DNA from: Chiloscyllium plagiosum
Taxonomy: Eukaryota
Reading direction: 5' to 3'
Assembly: GCF_004010195.1 (NCBI RefSeq)
Contig: NC_057756.1
Location: 1,887,703-1,951,702 of the forward strand
DNA: 64,000 bases
Positions within the stretch are counted from its first letter, which is position 1; each line of letters begins with the position of its first letter. Position numbers and translations under genes: made by a program. Below the pieces are notes generated by a model. That model saw only the letters and a program-made list of their open reading frames with translations, searched no databases and was not told the DNA's origin. Positions 14,301 through 26,884 of this stretch are shown in pieces.

Positions 14301-16371
14301 ATCGTTATCCAATTCCTGATCACTAGTTGATTTTCCATATCTTTCACTTTCTACAATTATTCACACTTGTGCTATTGATCTTTAGTGGAATTGAAAAAAA
14401 TATCAGTAATATATGGGAGAGAACTGTTGCACCAATGAACTGAATACAGTTTTCATTAGTAATGCATTTCATTTTTTTCTTCTGATTCTGTTCATATTCG
14501 TTTGTTCATTATGAAGGAGCGATACACTTGCCAATGATTGTCATTTGTCCTGCCACAACAAATCTTGTCAAGGAGTTGCATGATACCAGTATTTGCATGT
14601 TATACTCCTGTTTTCAGGCAACGACACACTTAGAAATGTTCTGCAGTTAGGAAAACAAATCACCTTTGTCTTTTTCAATCATTGCCTTTGCTGTAAAATA
14701 AAGAGATTTTGAATTACCATTATACTTATATTATTTTTTAAAAAAAACAACATTTTATCAACATTAAACAACTAATAGTTATGATTTCCGATCAAATTTC
14801 GAATACAATAACAAAGGCACTTGATGAAACAAACATTACATATATTAACCAAACATAACAATCATTTAAAAAACATCTCAAATCGCACGGTGTCATGATT
14901 AATAGATCATGGGATCACAATTTTATAAAATTGCCGATCATTTAAAATTTGCTGTTTGTCTTCTGGCGCATCAGTGCCAACCTCGTTTTCTGATTTTTTT
15001 TTGTGTATTCTTATGCATTCCTTGCTCATTCCAAAACTTGTCTCTTCCATATATTTCAGGTCACCCAACACTATTTTTTACTTGTTAAACTCGATTGTCT
15101 CATGATAAAACAATATCCAGATTATTCTTCCTTTGCATATGTTTACTCAAAATCTCATTTATCTCTGTGTACTTGTTAGGCCGTCCAAATGTGAAATATA
15201 TGCACTTAAGGCAAATACTACAGCGTTTCGGTTTGCTTCTTTCTTATTGATGAGCTATCCATGCACGACACGTGATCTCTAAAATGTTTAATCTGCGCTC
15301 CATCCATTCTACGAGATTAATTATCCTCAGTTTGTCTTTTTATCCCTCTTAATTGTCTGCCTTTCCTCAAACACACCATGCTTAAAACCTTTTTTTGCCC
15401 TATGTTGGAAGCAGCCGTTTCATTCAAGATATGTCTCTATGCTTGCTCTGAAATATGGTGAATATTTATAAGTGCTCCGTGCACACACGTACCAGCATCT
15501 TGAAGAAGCTTGTCAAGATCTTCAAAAATAAAACAGATGTAAGTACAGTCAAGCTTTCAATCGGATTAAACACAACAGAAAAGACTTCTGAACACACAAT
15601 ATACATTGTATTTCTGCTCTGTATTCGAACAGATCATCTCAGATGTTCTTGGCAATAAATTATAAATAGCACCCAACGTAGTGACAGCTGACTGTTTCAT
15701 GCGATTCCTGCTTAAAGGGATTGATAATTCAAGCTCATTATAAAGATAGTGGACTCGTCCTGTGACTCAGTAATATACGTCAATTGTTTCTAAATGCATG
15801 TCAGAATTTTATTATGTGCACGACACGATATAATGCAGTCTTTTCTTGCTTTGATTATCTGAGTTTGAATTGTCGATCTATAGACATGGATAATCGATTG
15901 ATTAATGCATTTTGGACGGCTGTTGGGCAATTTATTCCAGCTGTTCCTATTAATTTCCAGAAACAAGCATTTCTGCTGGAAAATGATAGGAGGCAAAATT
16001 ATTTGGTGTATTAATCCGATGAAATTCGGAATGTAGAGCAGTCTTGCAAAACAGGCGTTCTGCTGCTTGCCTATGTATTGAAATCAGAAGTAAAATGGCT
16101 GAACAACATTTCATAATAATGACAAATGGTAGTATATTATTTGTTTCTGTGAAGAATGGTAAAAATGATTGTTTCTTTCTTCTTAATAATGCTTCTCTTT
16201 GAAGAGCGTCATAATTGAGCCATCTAGCATAGAATCATATTCCAAAGAAGTCTTACTCTGTATCGAAGCTATAACTCTATTCTACTCCAAACTATCGAGC
16301 ACGAGAAACATATACGTGTATATTATGACATTTAAAGTATTCAATGATTTGTCTCTAAAGTGAAAGAGAAA

Positions 16372-16590
16372 CAACAATTGCTGGAAAAGATCAGCAGACA
16401 TGGCAGCATTCACAGAGAAAAATCAGATCGTTTGATCATCCTTCCTCAGAACAGGGGACGGACAAAAATGGAACCAAAATGTTAACTCTGCCTTCTCTCC
16501 ACACATACTGCCAGACGTTCTGAGCTTTTCCTGCAATTTTGGTGTTTGTTACCGACTTGCAGTATCCGTAATTCTTTCTGGTTTTATTTA
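16372..16590. repeat. Inverted pair of PLE-type termini (short palindromic element)
   Basis: TTGCTGGAAAAGATCAGCAGACATGGCAGCAT is reverse-complementary to ATACTGCCAGACGTTCTGAGCTTTTCCTGCAA; CTGAGGAAGG on the minus strand in the spacer. Confidence 0.6.
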
Positions 16591-17076
16591 AATTATCTAA
16601 ATACTTATGTTAGCTACCTCTAATGTCCAGCTTGGCATTTTATTTTGGACATCAATAATTCCTGTATAATGTTTCACTTTAGTACTGGTCCACCTCCTTC
16701 TGTTCATGCTAAAATTACCCTGCTTGTTATCGACCGTTCAACTGAGTGCATAAATTGCTTTTCATCCACCATTTCCGTGCCTCTTGAAATCTTTATCAGC
16801 TCTGTCAATTCAACCAGCAATCTCCTTTGTTAAAAGCAGCAAAAAATGATTCTTTTTTCAGAACAAAACATTTCACCAAGACGAGGTCAATGCAGTCTGG
16901 TTTCCCAACACACCTACTACTACTACGTTGCAAGTCCCGATCCCTCACTGTCTAAAACATCAATGTAATAACTTTTTTTATCGTGGGGTAAGCAAAACTG
17001 TTTGTGGTATCCTCGCTGCACGATAACCAAAGTGCAGCTCCCGGATAACCTCGGTACTCTAATCCCGAGTGCCCAT

Positions 17077-17232
17077 TGTTATGGAAAAGGCCAGAAAACC
17101 CTCACATAATTTCAAGAGGGTAGCCCAGATCTGAAGTTTGCTAGTTGTTTTAAGCAGGTGTATTTGGATATTACAGGAGTGACGCTGGCCCAAATACTCG
17201 ATTTTAAACAAATCAAAATTTGTTTACATGCG
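17077..17232 (-). mobile_element. Partial Gypsy (Gmr1-like) LTR
   Basis: TGTTATGGAAAAGGCCAGA...GTAGCCCAGA...TTGTTTTAAGCAGGTGT...GATATTACAGGAGTGA matches the starts at 21202 and 41608. Confidence 0.75.
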
Positions 17233-17404
17233 ATTAAAGAAAACCACCAATATTCAAAGATGGCATCATTTTTAAACTTTCTTAACCTTACATCGTTACG
17301 ACACTAGAACACACATACATATTGCATTGACTATAAACATTCAAATGTGCACTACTACTATATGTTTCATTTCATTTATTCCTGTGACCGAATATATCCA
17401 CTAC

Positions 17405-18850
17405 TTTCCCAAGGCTCGACAATGTGTTGGCTATCACATTTTCTCGTCCTGCTGCATGTACAATTTTCAAATTGAATCAATGCAATAACAAGCTCCATCT
17501 AAACAGTTTGGAATTCGTGTGTACACCATCACTCTATTTAATCATTCCCTACAATCTAATACAATCGAATTATGTGATCTCTGAATTCTGACTTAAAAAT
17601 ATCTCCTTAAATAGTTTTAGCGTTCCTTTCACTTCATACGCAAAATCTAATTCAAATGGAATGAATTTGGTCGATTCATTTCATGCATCTCTGATGGGAA
17701 AAATGTGCAAACCGAATTCCTTTATCCAAACTATCTAGATAGTCTTGACAAAACGCGCTCAACCTGGTCTTTACTGTCTCATGTCATCTTTCTAACGCTC
17801 GCTGTGATTCTGTACAGAATGCAGTCGATTCGAATTGTTTTATTCCTAAGCTATGTATAACTTCCTTGAATAATTTTGATGCAAAGTTTGACCCTTCATT
17901 TGATTTTATCTTGGTGGCTGGTCAATATCTAATTCAAACGTTGAGTAACTCCTCTCCAACGTTGTCAGGTGTGATGTTGCATAATCGAATGGCATCTGGA
18001 AATCCAGTGGACGTATCCATTATTATTAACAAATACCAATTCCCACATTTCATTTTAGGTAGCAGTACTATGCAATCAAATAACACTCTTGGCAAAGTTT
18101 CCTCAAATGCTGAAATAGGTATTACGGGGTGAGGGTTTTAACACTGCCTGTGGTGTTCCAATTACCTGACACTTTTGTCAAGTCTGGCAAAATTCGTCTA
18201 CTTAATACTTTTGCAGGCCAAGCAAGTACTGATGAATTTTGTATTATTGAGTTTTCCTTATTCCTAAATAACCACCTACTGGTTGGACATGGGCTATGTG
18301 CAACATATCCTTTCAATGACCTACTGGTAATACAACTTGATTATCCTCTGCCATTTTTAATCTGTCTTAATGTGTGATGATCTCCATTTCCTCATTAAGA
18401 CATCGTTGTTAAGATACTAGCGTCCATAGATACTTTTGGATACTTTTCACCTGTGTGCCTTTTGAGAAAATTGCTTTAATTTCTCATCTTTTTGCTGCAA
18501 CACAGTTAATGTCTCTGAATTAAAAATGTCTGTTTTATTATTCATTTCCTTCTATTTTTGTCTCAACTGTTTGATCAAATTGAGTCGTTGATATTTCCAT
18601 TCCAACTTTCTTGTACACTTTGATCTCTCCTTATCAACTGCTGAATTTGTGACATTGTTACCATACAATCGGGCAAAATCCCACATATACTGCCTGTAAG
18701 AGTTCAGTTGTTGCCTGAGTTTCTACTAGCTTTTCAACCACAGTAGGCAGCACTCCTATATTGATTTTATCTTTGTGTCTAACCTATAGGTGGTGAAAAA
18801 AATGAATAACTCCACCACAAGCTGTTACATAACGCAGTAAGATTATGTTA
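17405..18850 (-). pseudogene. Gypsy pol remnant: integrase (Zn finger and core) joined by deletion to RNase H C-terminus
   Basis: Minus-strand translation: PISAFEETLPRVLFDCIVLLPKMKCGNWYLLIIMDTSTGFPDAI; GSNFASKLFKEV; ESTKFIPFEL..YEVKG; then KLFRWSLLLH*FNLKIVHAAGRENVIANTLS at 17415-17515. Confidence 0.8.
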
Positions 18851-18887
18851 AATTTTCTTTCTGAAAAGAGCTACTGGTGGCACATTT

Positions 18888-19012
18888 TTGATCATGGGCT
18901 TATGCTCGAAACGTGAATTCTCCTGCTCCTTGAATTTTGCTTGACCTGATGTGCTTTTCCAGCGCCAACGTTTCCGACTCTGATCTTCAGCATCTACAGT
19001 CATTACTTGCTC
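18888..19012 (+). mobile_element. PLE terminal repeat fragment at a junction inside the Gypsy cluster
   Basis: GGGCTTATGCTCGAAACGTGAATTCTCCTGCTCC...CTTTTCCAGC...GACTCTGATCTTCAGCATCT; 5' hammerhead core decayed. Confidence 0.75.
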
Positions 19013-21200
19013 CACATCCATCACTGTTAACAAATAATGGTTCCCAAATTTTGTTTTGCGTCCCAATACCACTATATCATTAAAGTATCTTGTAAAACAT
19101 ATACATTAAAGTTGTTGGTTTTATTACTGCCTCTGGTTTCCAATTACCTGATATATTTGGGTTTTCTGGCAAAATTAAAGTACATCGTTGTGCTGTTCCG
19201 ACCAGTAAAAATAATTTGTGTATTTTAGTTTGAGTTTTTCTGACCCCTAAATGGCACTTCAACCCCCCTTCCAAACTGGTAGTTCACGCACCACCAGCAA
19301 CCCTTCTGCACTGTAACCCACTGGTAAAGTTACTTGATGGACTCCTGCCCATTTCTCATGTGCCTGAATATGTAATGGTCTCCATTTCCTCACTAAGGCT
19401 CATTTTATAAGATAGTGACATTCAGTGTCAAGAAAAGCCTTATTTTTTTCTGTGCATGTCTTTTGATAAGATTGCTTTAAATATCATCATAACTTAACTT
19501 CACGTAAATGAGTACTTGTATCACAGTGAATTCTCGTTACTCATCTTTTCTAGCAATAGTCCTTCAGAGGTGCATATCTCCTCACCCTTCAGCATCACAA
19601 ATTGAGAGGATACTGTATCTCTTAATATTGTAAACATTTTTATAACATGCTGCACCGGATCTGTGTGAGCAGTTCCTACGCTTGAAATGTTTAAGAAGAA
19701 CTAACACTTCCTCCTTACCGAACCAGGGACCAGGCTATGCATTCTGGTGCAGCTTTTGAGCTTCTGCTGTGCTTTCCGTTATCAGTCCAACAAAGGTCAC
19801 TGGCTTATCCAGTTTTTCTTCATCTGACTTTCCAGTTTTTTTCTGAACACGCCAACATTGTGATTTCATGTGGACGACTTTATTGGAGTGGAAACATTGG
19901 CGCTTTGTTACATGTCCTGGTAAGTTACAATTATGATCTTCACTGAAGTCTGTCTTTCCGTTTCCACACAAGGAATTGATGCTTCCTGAATTTCTAGCGC
20001 TCACGAACTGAAATTGATGTTGCAAGTCAAATTTGATTTGCGGACCAACTCACAATTATCAGCGCATTCAGCTTCTAATCTTGGCGTTTAAACTCTCTGC
20101 TGTTGAACCTGAGTTCTCACAAATTCAGGAAGTGAATGTTTGAGCGTATCCAATAGAATCGTCTCTGTAAGATGGTAGTTAGTTTGCTTTTCTTCTTGCC
20201 CTCATCCACATATCAAAATTATTTTGTTTTATTCTTTAGAATGCAATAAAGGTTTCACCAGGATCCCTCCTTAGGTTACTGAAAGGTTGACTGAAATCGT
20301 CTGGCACAAGCAAGAATGTACGTAAGATGTCTTTCTTCATAACCTCATACGCTGCAAATACATCCTTTCGTAGTGATGCGAATATCTCACCAGTTGTACC
20401 CACAAGTCTTGTTTGGGTCAACAAAACCAATATGGTCACTGGGAAGTACACTTGTTAGCCGTCTTTTTAAATTAGATCAAAAAAGGCTTCCAAATCGTTC
20501 TCATCAAACTTAGGTAATGCGTGCATTTTATTAAACAGTTTCTCACTCAGCCTTTGATTACCATGGCTTGGCTCATCATTAATCTTTTCTTCAGTAATCT
20601 TCCTTTCAACCTTCATCTCCACCCTTTTGAGCTGACTGTCCTGTCCCAGTGCCAATTTCTGAAGTTCAAACTCCCTCTTTATCTTCCTTTCCTCTCATTC
20701 TTTTTCTTGTTCTTCTCTCTCTTTTTTTCTTTCTCATTTTTCTCTATTCTCTCTCTCTTCACTCTGCTTTTAAATGTAATTCAAAACATTAAATTTATTT
20801 TTCTCTTTCCTCGACTTTTGCCTTTAACTCAATCTGCTTCTTTTTCAATTGAATTTTAGCCATCTTCAAAGATTCTGGTGGCGTTTGCAACAAATTTAAA
20901 TGAAGAACTATTATCATAATTATCTCTCCGTTTCTCATGGAAGTAGGCGTCTCCAAATCCAGTTTGTCTAGTATTTCCAGCACCTTTTCATTAATCACTC
21001 TATGAAAAAAACACACAAGTCATTTCCTGCACTCCCAAAAATGTCTTGGTGACTGGTAGAGCTATTGGTATCCAAAGCACTGTTGAAACAAAATTAATTC
21101 ATCGCCCAGTAAAAAAAAGACATACCACATTACTGCCTTCGAGTCCAGGAATTCTAAACCCAAATTGGAACTTTTGCATAATGCTGACCAACGTTCCACT
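19013..21200 (-). pseudogene. Gypsy (Gmr1-like) internal region: gag, protease, integrase N-terminus; many frameshifts
   Basis: ALPKFDENDLEAFF; LVG...YEVMKKDILRTFLLVPD; knuckle remnant CFHSNKVVHMKSQCW; protease ILRDTVSSQ near 19610; HLGVRKT and KTKFGNHYLLTVMDV. Confidence 0.8.
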
Positions 21201-21201
21201 C

Positions 21202-21862
21202 TGTCATGGACAAGGCCATATACCCTCAACACATATCAGGAAAATAGCCCAGACCCTAACTTTGTAGTTATTTTAAGCGCGTGTACAGCGGATATTCAAG
21301 GAGTGATGCAGCTGGTCAAATCATCTAATTTTAAACAAAAGAGAATTTCGTTAAATTTAACCAAATGAAACACAAACAAAAGAGAAAAGAAAATATATAA
21401 CGTAAACTATCTTAAAATCCAACTAATTACCAAAACCTAATAATGCTGTTCGAAATACTTGCAACAATCTCCATACACAGCCCAAGGCACAAAAAAAAGA
21501 AATCAAATACAGCGTCCTCATGGAAATAGAGAGATAAATGGCAGAGAGATTCAACATGGAACACCTTCTTCCATGTAACTATTTCTTGGATCAGCAGCCT
21601 CAGAAAACTCTGTTGACTTAGTCAACCCACAACAAACCAGAGAAAAATAAACCTGAGTTGCGAGAACATGCCATTGCCCTTTCATTTTTATCAGTTGTTT
21701 TCTGAAAACATGAAAGCCTTTTGTCTCAGGCAATACCTGTTAACTGTAATCATATTGGCCCGAAAACACTTCATCCTTGAACTTTCACAATCTCTGTTTT
21801 TACGACCTCTTTGAAATAAAAGCCAAGGACAGCATTATCTTGTTGCAGTAGCAGCAGCGCCA
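21202..21862 (-). mobile_element. Gypsy (Gmr1-like) LTR
   Basis: Starts TGTCATGGACAAGGCC, ends GCAGCAGCGCCA; collinear with the LTRs at 41608-42240 and 45147-45784. Confidence 0.8.
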
Positions 21863-21864
21863 CC

Positions 21865-22600
21865 CGACCTTCCCATACGACTTTAAAAAGGCTTCCACAT
21901 CCTACCAATCAAATTTTGGCATAATGTTTTGAACATATTTTAACAGATCCCCACTAGGCCTTTGGCTACGGTTTTTTTGTTCACTCCTACTCTCTTCGTC
22001 ACGAAGCTTACCTTCACCCTTCACCTCCGTCCTTTGAAGCGAGATTTGCATTCTAAGGACCATGTTTCCGAAGTTCAAACTCTCTCTCATCTTTACATTC
22101 CTCTCTCTCCTTTCCAGTCCCTTCTCTCCCCCTTTGTTACTCTTCTCTTACACCTTATTTTTGATCTGCTAAAGCGACTCTTTCCGTTTCATTTTATTTT
22201 GCAGTGGCTTTCGAAATGCCTCTCTTTCCTCACTGATTAATCATAAGTCGAACAACTTTATTTCTTTCTCCTGTTCATTTTCTCTTGGCTCTAAAATATT
22301 CTGCTTTATTTTCAATTGAATGTTAACCATCTCAGGATTCTGTCAGTGTTTCAAGCAATTTTAAATGCTAAGCTGTTGGTGTAAGTATCTCTCATTTCCT
22401 CATAGTATGAAACAGCTTCACCGCCAGCTGATTTGGCATTTCTGGGAGACTTTCCCTGTTCACCTTCTGTAAAGGTCACAAAGTGACTTTCTTTTTTCCA
22501 GTCTGACAAAACTGTTATTGACTGAATGGCCGATAACTACACCAAACACTGTTTTACTCAACCAAATTCACATTTACCAATCGTTGCCTTTGATTAAACG
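21865..22600 (-). pseudogene. Second gag 5' fragment (coiled-coil region to PKF motif)
   Basis: PSGDLLKYVQNIMPKFDW, homologous to 20467-20655. Confidence 0.7.
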
Positions 22601-22653
22601 ACGTCTGATCTCCGTTTGGAACCATTAAATAAGTCTTGTAAATAGCCTCCAAT

Positions 22654-23235
22654 CTAATATGGAACAGGCCAAACCTCCTCTAAATATTTCAGGAAGGTAG
22701 CCCAGACACTAACATGTCTAATTGATTTAAATAGGTTTGGGGTGGCCTGATGTAGCAGGCGTAACCCACTCAGCTTTGAAGAAAACAACATTTATTGACG
22801 CACCGTAAGATGAATTTAAAATGACATAACTATTTGAAAACACAGTCGACTCGGTCACAACGCAATGATGCTTTTCCAAATACTTACAATATCCACATAA
22901 AATCCCGTTAGCAGAAAGAGTTAAAAATCAAAAACAGGTTCTTACAGCAGAGACGTCAGAGAGGGAGAGAGAGAAGTTCAACATAGAACGGCTTCCAGTG
23001 GTTCGCAGCAAAAACTTGACCAGCACCTGCAAACAAAACAGTTTGCTAAAACTAAGTCAACGCAATCCCTGAACTGGGAGAAATGTCCACTTCGCTTTCA
23101 TTGTACAATCATTTTTTTAAAAAAGAGCTCTTAAAATCTGTTCCAAATAGAAACATATTGGTAAGTCTTCCTTTATGACAACTTGGAGAAAAAGAAAATA
23201 AGGCAGATCAACCTTGTGGAAGGAGCAGCATTTTA
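22654..23235 (-). mobile_element. Gypsy (Gmr1-like) LTR
   Basis: ATGGAACAGGCCAAACCTCCTC...GGTAGCCCAGACACTAAC...GAACTGGGAGAA...AGGAGCAGCAT; collinear with the other LTRs. Confidence 0.75.
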
Positions 23236-23259
23236 AAACTCTATGCTTTCTGAACTGAC

Positions 23260-25300
23260 CAATTGGTCTTTTTGCCACCATCAGATATTTCTGCTGAAGA
23301 ACCGATTAATCCTCTATTCCGTTGAGCTTCCAAATGTGCTAATGTTCATGGAGTACTCTCTGTCATGTAACACCGTCCAAATTTAATTTGGCCACACTTA
23401 ACGGTAAATGCCATCCATCGAAGATCTTCTATCATGTCAGTTTGCTATATATCTACCTGGTATGTAAAATTTCTCCATCACTTTCATCTACCTGGGCAAT
23501 ATTTGTGCCAGCACTAAATTCATTGTTCGACCCTGATGCGTCCTTGTGAAGAATTAGGTCCCCAAATTAGGTCCTGCGATTACCCATAAATCAGCATATT
23601 CGGCTAATGTAAATAGCCTTCCATTACCAGACTCGGACGCCTGCCACTCAACGATTTTTGAATGTAAAATGTGATTTTCCCTTCTTTGTCAGGCTGAAAT
23701 ACTAGCCCTTGTCTGATACCTTGCTCAGAACCATTAGAATTACATCTATTGCACAATCCGAATTTCCAATCTCAGTCGTAGAGTCATAGAGATGTACAGC
23801 ATGGAAACAGACCCTTCGGTCCAACTCGTCCGTGCCGACCAGATATTCCAACCCAATCTAGTCCCACCTGCCAGCACTCAGCCCACATTCCTCCAAACTC
23901 TTCCTATACATATATCCATCCAAATGTATTTTAAACGTTGCAATTGTACCAGCCTCGACCACTTCCATTGATAGCTCATTCCATACATGTACCACCCTCT
24001 GTGTGAAACAGTTGCCACTTAGATCTCTTTTATATCTTTCCCCTCTCACCCTAATCCTATGCCCTTTATTTCTATACTTCCTGACTCCACGGAAAATACT
24101 TTGTATATTTATCCTATCCATGCCCCTCATGATGTTTAAGCCTCTATAAAATCACCCCTCAACCCCCAACGCGCCAGGGAAAGTGGCCCCAGCCTGTTCA
24201 GCCTTTCCCCGTAGCTGAAACCGTCAAACCCTGGCAGCATCCTTGGAAATCTTTGCTGAATCCTTTCAAGTTTCACAACATCTTTGCGATAGGAAGGAGA
24301 CCAGAATTACACGCAATATTCCAACAGTGGCCGAATCAATCTTCTCGGAAAACTCAACAATTGTGAAAGGTATGATCTCTCTAGTCAAATGTAAACATGA
24401 CTGTCCTTAATCAAACCCAATCTCTATAAATGGAGATAAATTCTCAAGTTCAGAATTATCCCTGTCCTGTCGCTACCACTGACATGAGTCCAACGCTTGT
24501 GTGGTTCTATAGATAAACTTTGTGACCTTTGTTGAAAATTGGAATCATATTTGCTGCTCTCCTATCCTCTGGCACCTACCCTGAGGCCAGTAAAGACATA
24601 AAACAAAAGAAAAGTTAGGACTTCAGTGATTTTCTTCCACGTCTCTCACAGTAGCTCCTGATTCAACATACTCTGAGTGGAGTATTGGTCGAGTTTTAAG
24701 ACTGACAGAAAAATTCAAAGCATCCTCACTCCGACATCGAGCTGCTGAAGTAAATCTCAGATCATCTTCAGAAAACCTGAACCTAATTCCTCGTTTATCA
24801 AAGTCAATGCAAGTGGGAAATTCTCATTTGTCATTCTGTCTTTATCCTCTGACTCTACACATGTTCTTCCCCTATTGATCTGGAATGAACCCTATTCTTT
24901 CACTTGTTAGTCTGTTCCCCTTATTATAGCTGCATAATACTTTGCGATTCTCCACACTGTTCTGCGGCATCGTTTTTTTTAAAAAAGTTTCCTTATTTGC
25001 TCTCCTAACCGCTTTTTATAAAGCCGAATACATGCAACAACGCCCTCCAGTCCACCTTCACATTCTCTACTCCACTCTTGCTTCACTGATGTTTCTCCAG
25101 CTGTACTGTCATACCGGTCACTTTTCCACTGTGTGAAGTTTCAGATATTCAGGCTTTTCTCGGCTTGCTGATCCTACGAAGAAAAAGTGTTATGCCTGTT
25201 CTGGTCGCTACATACTGTTTTAATGCCGTACTCTCCCCCATCCTCCCCCTCCCACGCCCTGCAGTGAACAGCTGTTAATTTAACCTTGAGTATCAGTTCG
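23260..25300 (-). mobile_element. Old degenerate CR1 LINE interrupted by a younger CR1
   Basis: Decayed RT-region sequence on both sides of 23774-24345; e.g. 24345-24500 aligns by eye with 51190-51360. Confidence 0.5.
23774..24345 (-). mobile_element. CR1 LINE 3' fragment (younger)
   Basis: ORF MRGMDRIN...FTQRVVHVWNEL; tail AGTCGTAGAGTCATAGAG on the + strand. Confidence 0.9.
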
Positions 25301-26191
25301 TAAATACTTTAGCCAGATACTTCCCGATTTCAATAAAATCTGTGATCCTTAATACTCTTTTATGCCAACAACTGTTTTCCTTCCTATAACAAAATTTAAA
25401 CTCATTGTGTTGTGCTCAAAACCAATGAAATATTCTTCCACTCTCGCGTTGACCTAAGTTTCTTTTGACAAAGTGATGTCCAACAATGTCTGCTCCCCGT
25501 GGAGTACCATTTGCATGTAGAATTAAAGTCTTCTCCTGAACATTTCCGTTTTTTACAAAAAAGTTGCCACCATGCCATGAAAAGAAAAGAAGACAAAAAA
25601 CAACTTCGTACTGTGCTATTATTAATCAATGCTGGGCTCTTCAAAATTTCCATGAGCTAATTTCATCCTATTCTGCAGTGAGAAGTATTCTGAAATCAGG
25701 TGTCGTTTGTTTCAGAGCAGAAGAGAGGAGTTTGTTTTGCTTCTTTCAATGGTGTGCACCACTTTGTAATTCTCTGCCTTAAGGAGTAGTGGATATTGAC
25801 TGTAAAATTCATAGTGGAGGTAGCTCCATGTTTGTTCGGAAAAGAATTCAATATTTATCTGAGATAGTTGAAAAAATGGGAGTCAACAAATGCATATATC
25901 AATCTATTATCCGAATTAATGATACAGAGGTCATGTGGTTCAAATCCTTTCCATCTGCTTCTAATTGCTATGCTTCGACGTGTTTCGCCTTTTCTTTCTT
26001 AAGCAAAGCAATTTTTGTGTTGAAAATAAATTTGATGAACAGGGAATCAAACAGATTATTGACTGAAAATGTTTTTCTTTTTGAAAATCGTCTTCTATTG
26101 TAATTCGTGCCTTAAATTGAAGCAGCGTCAGATATTTAAAGTTAATTTAATAGCATACAGTTTACATGTATTCCAAGGAAGTAATCATCAA

Positions 26192-26209
26192 TGTGTGTGT
26201 GTGTGTGTG
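26192..26209. repeat. Short (TG)n microsatellite
   Basis: Direct reading. Confidence 0.8.
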
Positions 26210-26884
26210 AATCTGATATAAAATGAAATTAAATATATTTTATTGATTCAATTCTTTGAAGTTAATTATTCTTGCCTTAAATCGATTAAAGGTGAAAGTG
26301 CGCTCTCCTCAAGCGTGAAGGAGATAATATCCGTTGAAGAACACTTTTGCACAATACAGTTGAAGATTCTTCAAAAATAATAATGCGTGATCGATTAAAG
26401 TGAAGCACTCAATGTAATTTATCTCGTGATGATCATCCAAATATGTGGAGCTGAAGCATTTAATAGTTCATTTAATTTGATTCTGTGAGCTTTTGACAGT
26501 GAGGATTGGGTTTGTTTTGTAATATGACTCATCTTCTCATTGGCTAAAGAGAATCTTTAAAATAACGTTGACATCACATCTCGAAAATACCCGACAATTC
26601 ATACTTCGTTTGACCATCAAATGCAATTGTATTGAATATTGTACCGGCATCAAACGTTGCCATGAATCGTTCTGAAAAGCAAAATCTGCGTATGATTTTT
26701 AATGGATGGACAAATGCAGACATTGTTGGAGAAAAGTAACTGAAACATTCACATTTCACTAACTTGAATTTAGAGAATGATGTTGCGTTAATGTGATAAG
26801 GTAATACAATGCAACTGGCAGTCAAAACAAGGATAAAAATGGCATCTTTATACTTCATATTTTATTTTGTTACTTGCATACATA

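Noticed and set aside
26574..26858. ORF starting with a signal-peptide-like MKYKDAIFILVLTASCIVL
   Set aside because: No family resemblance or supporting gene structure
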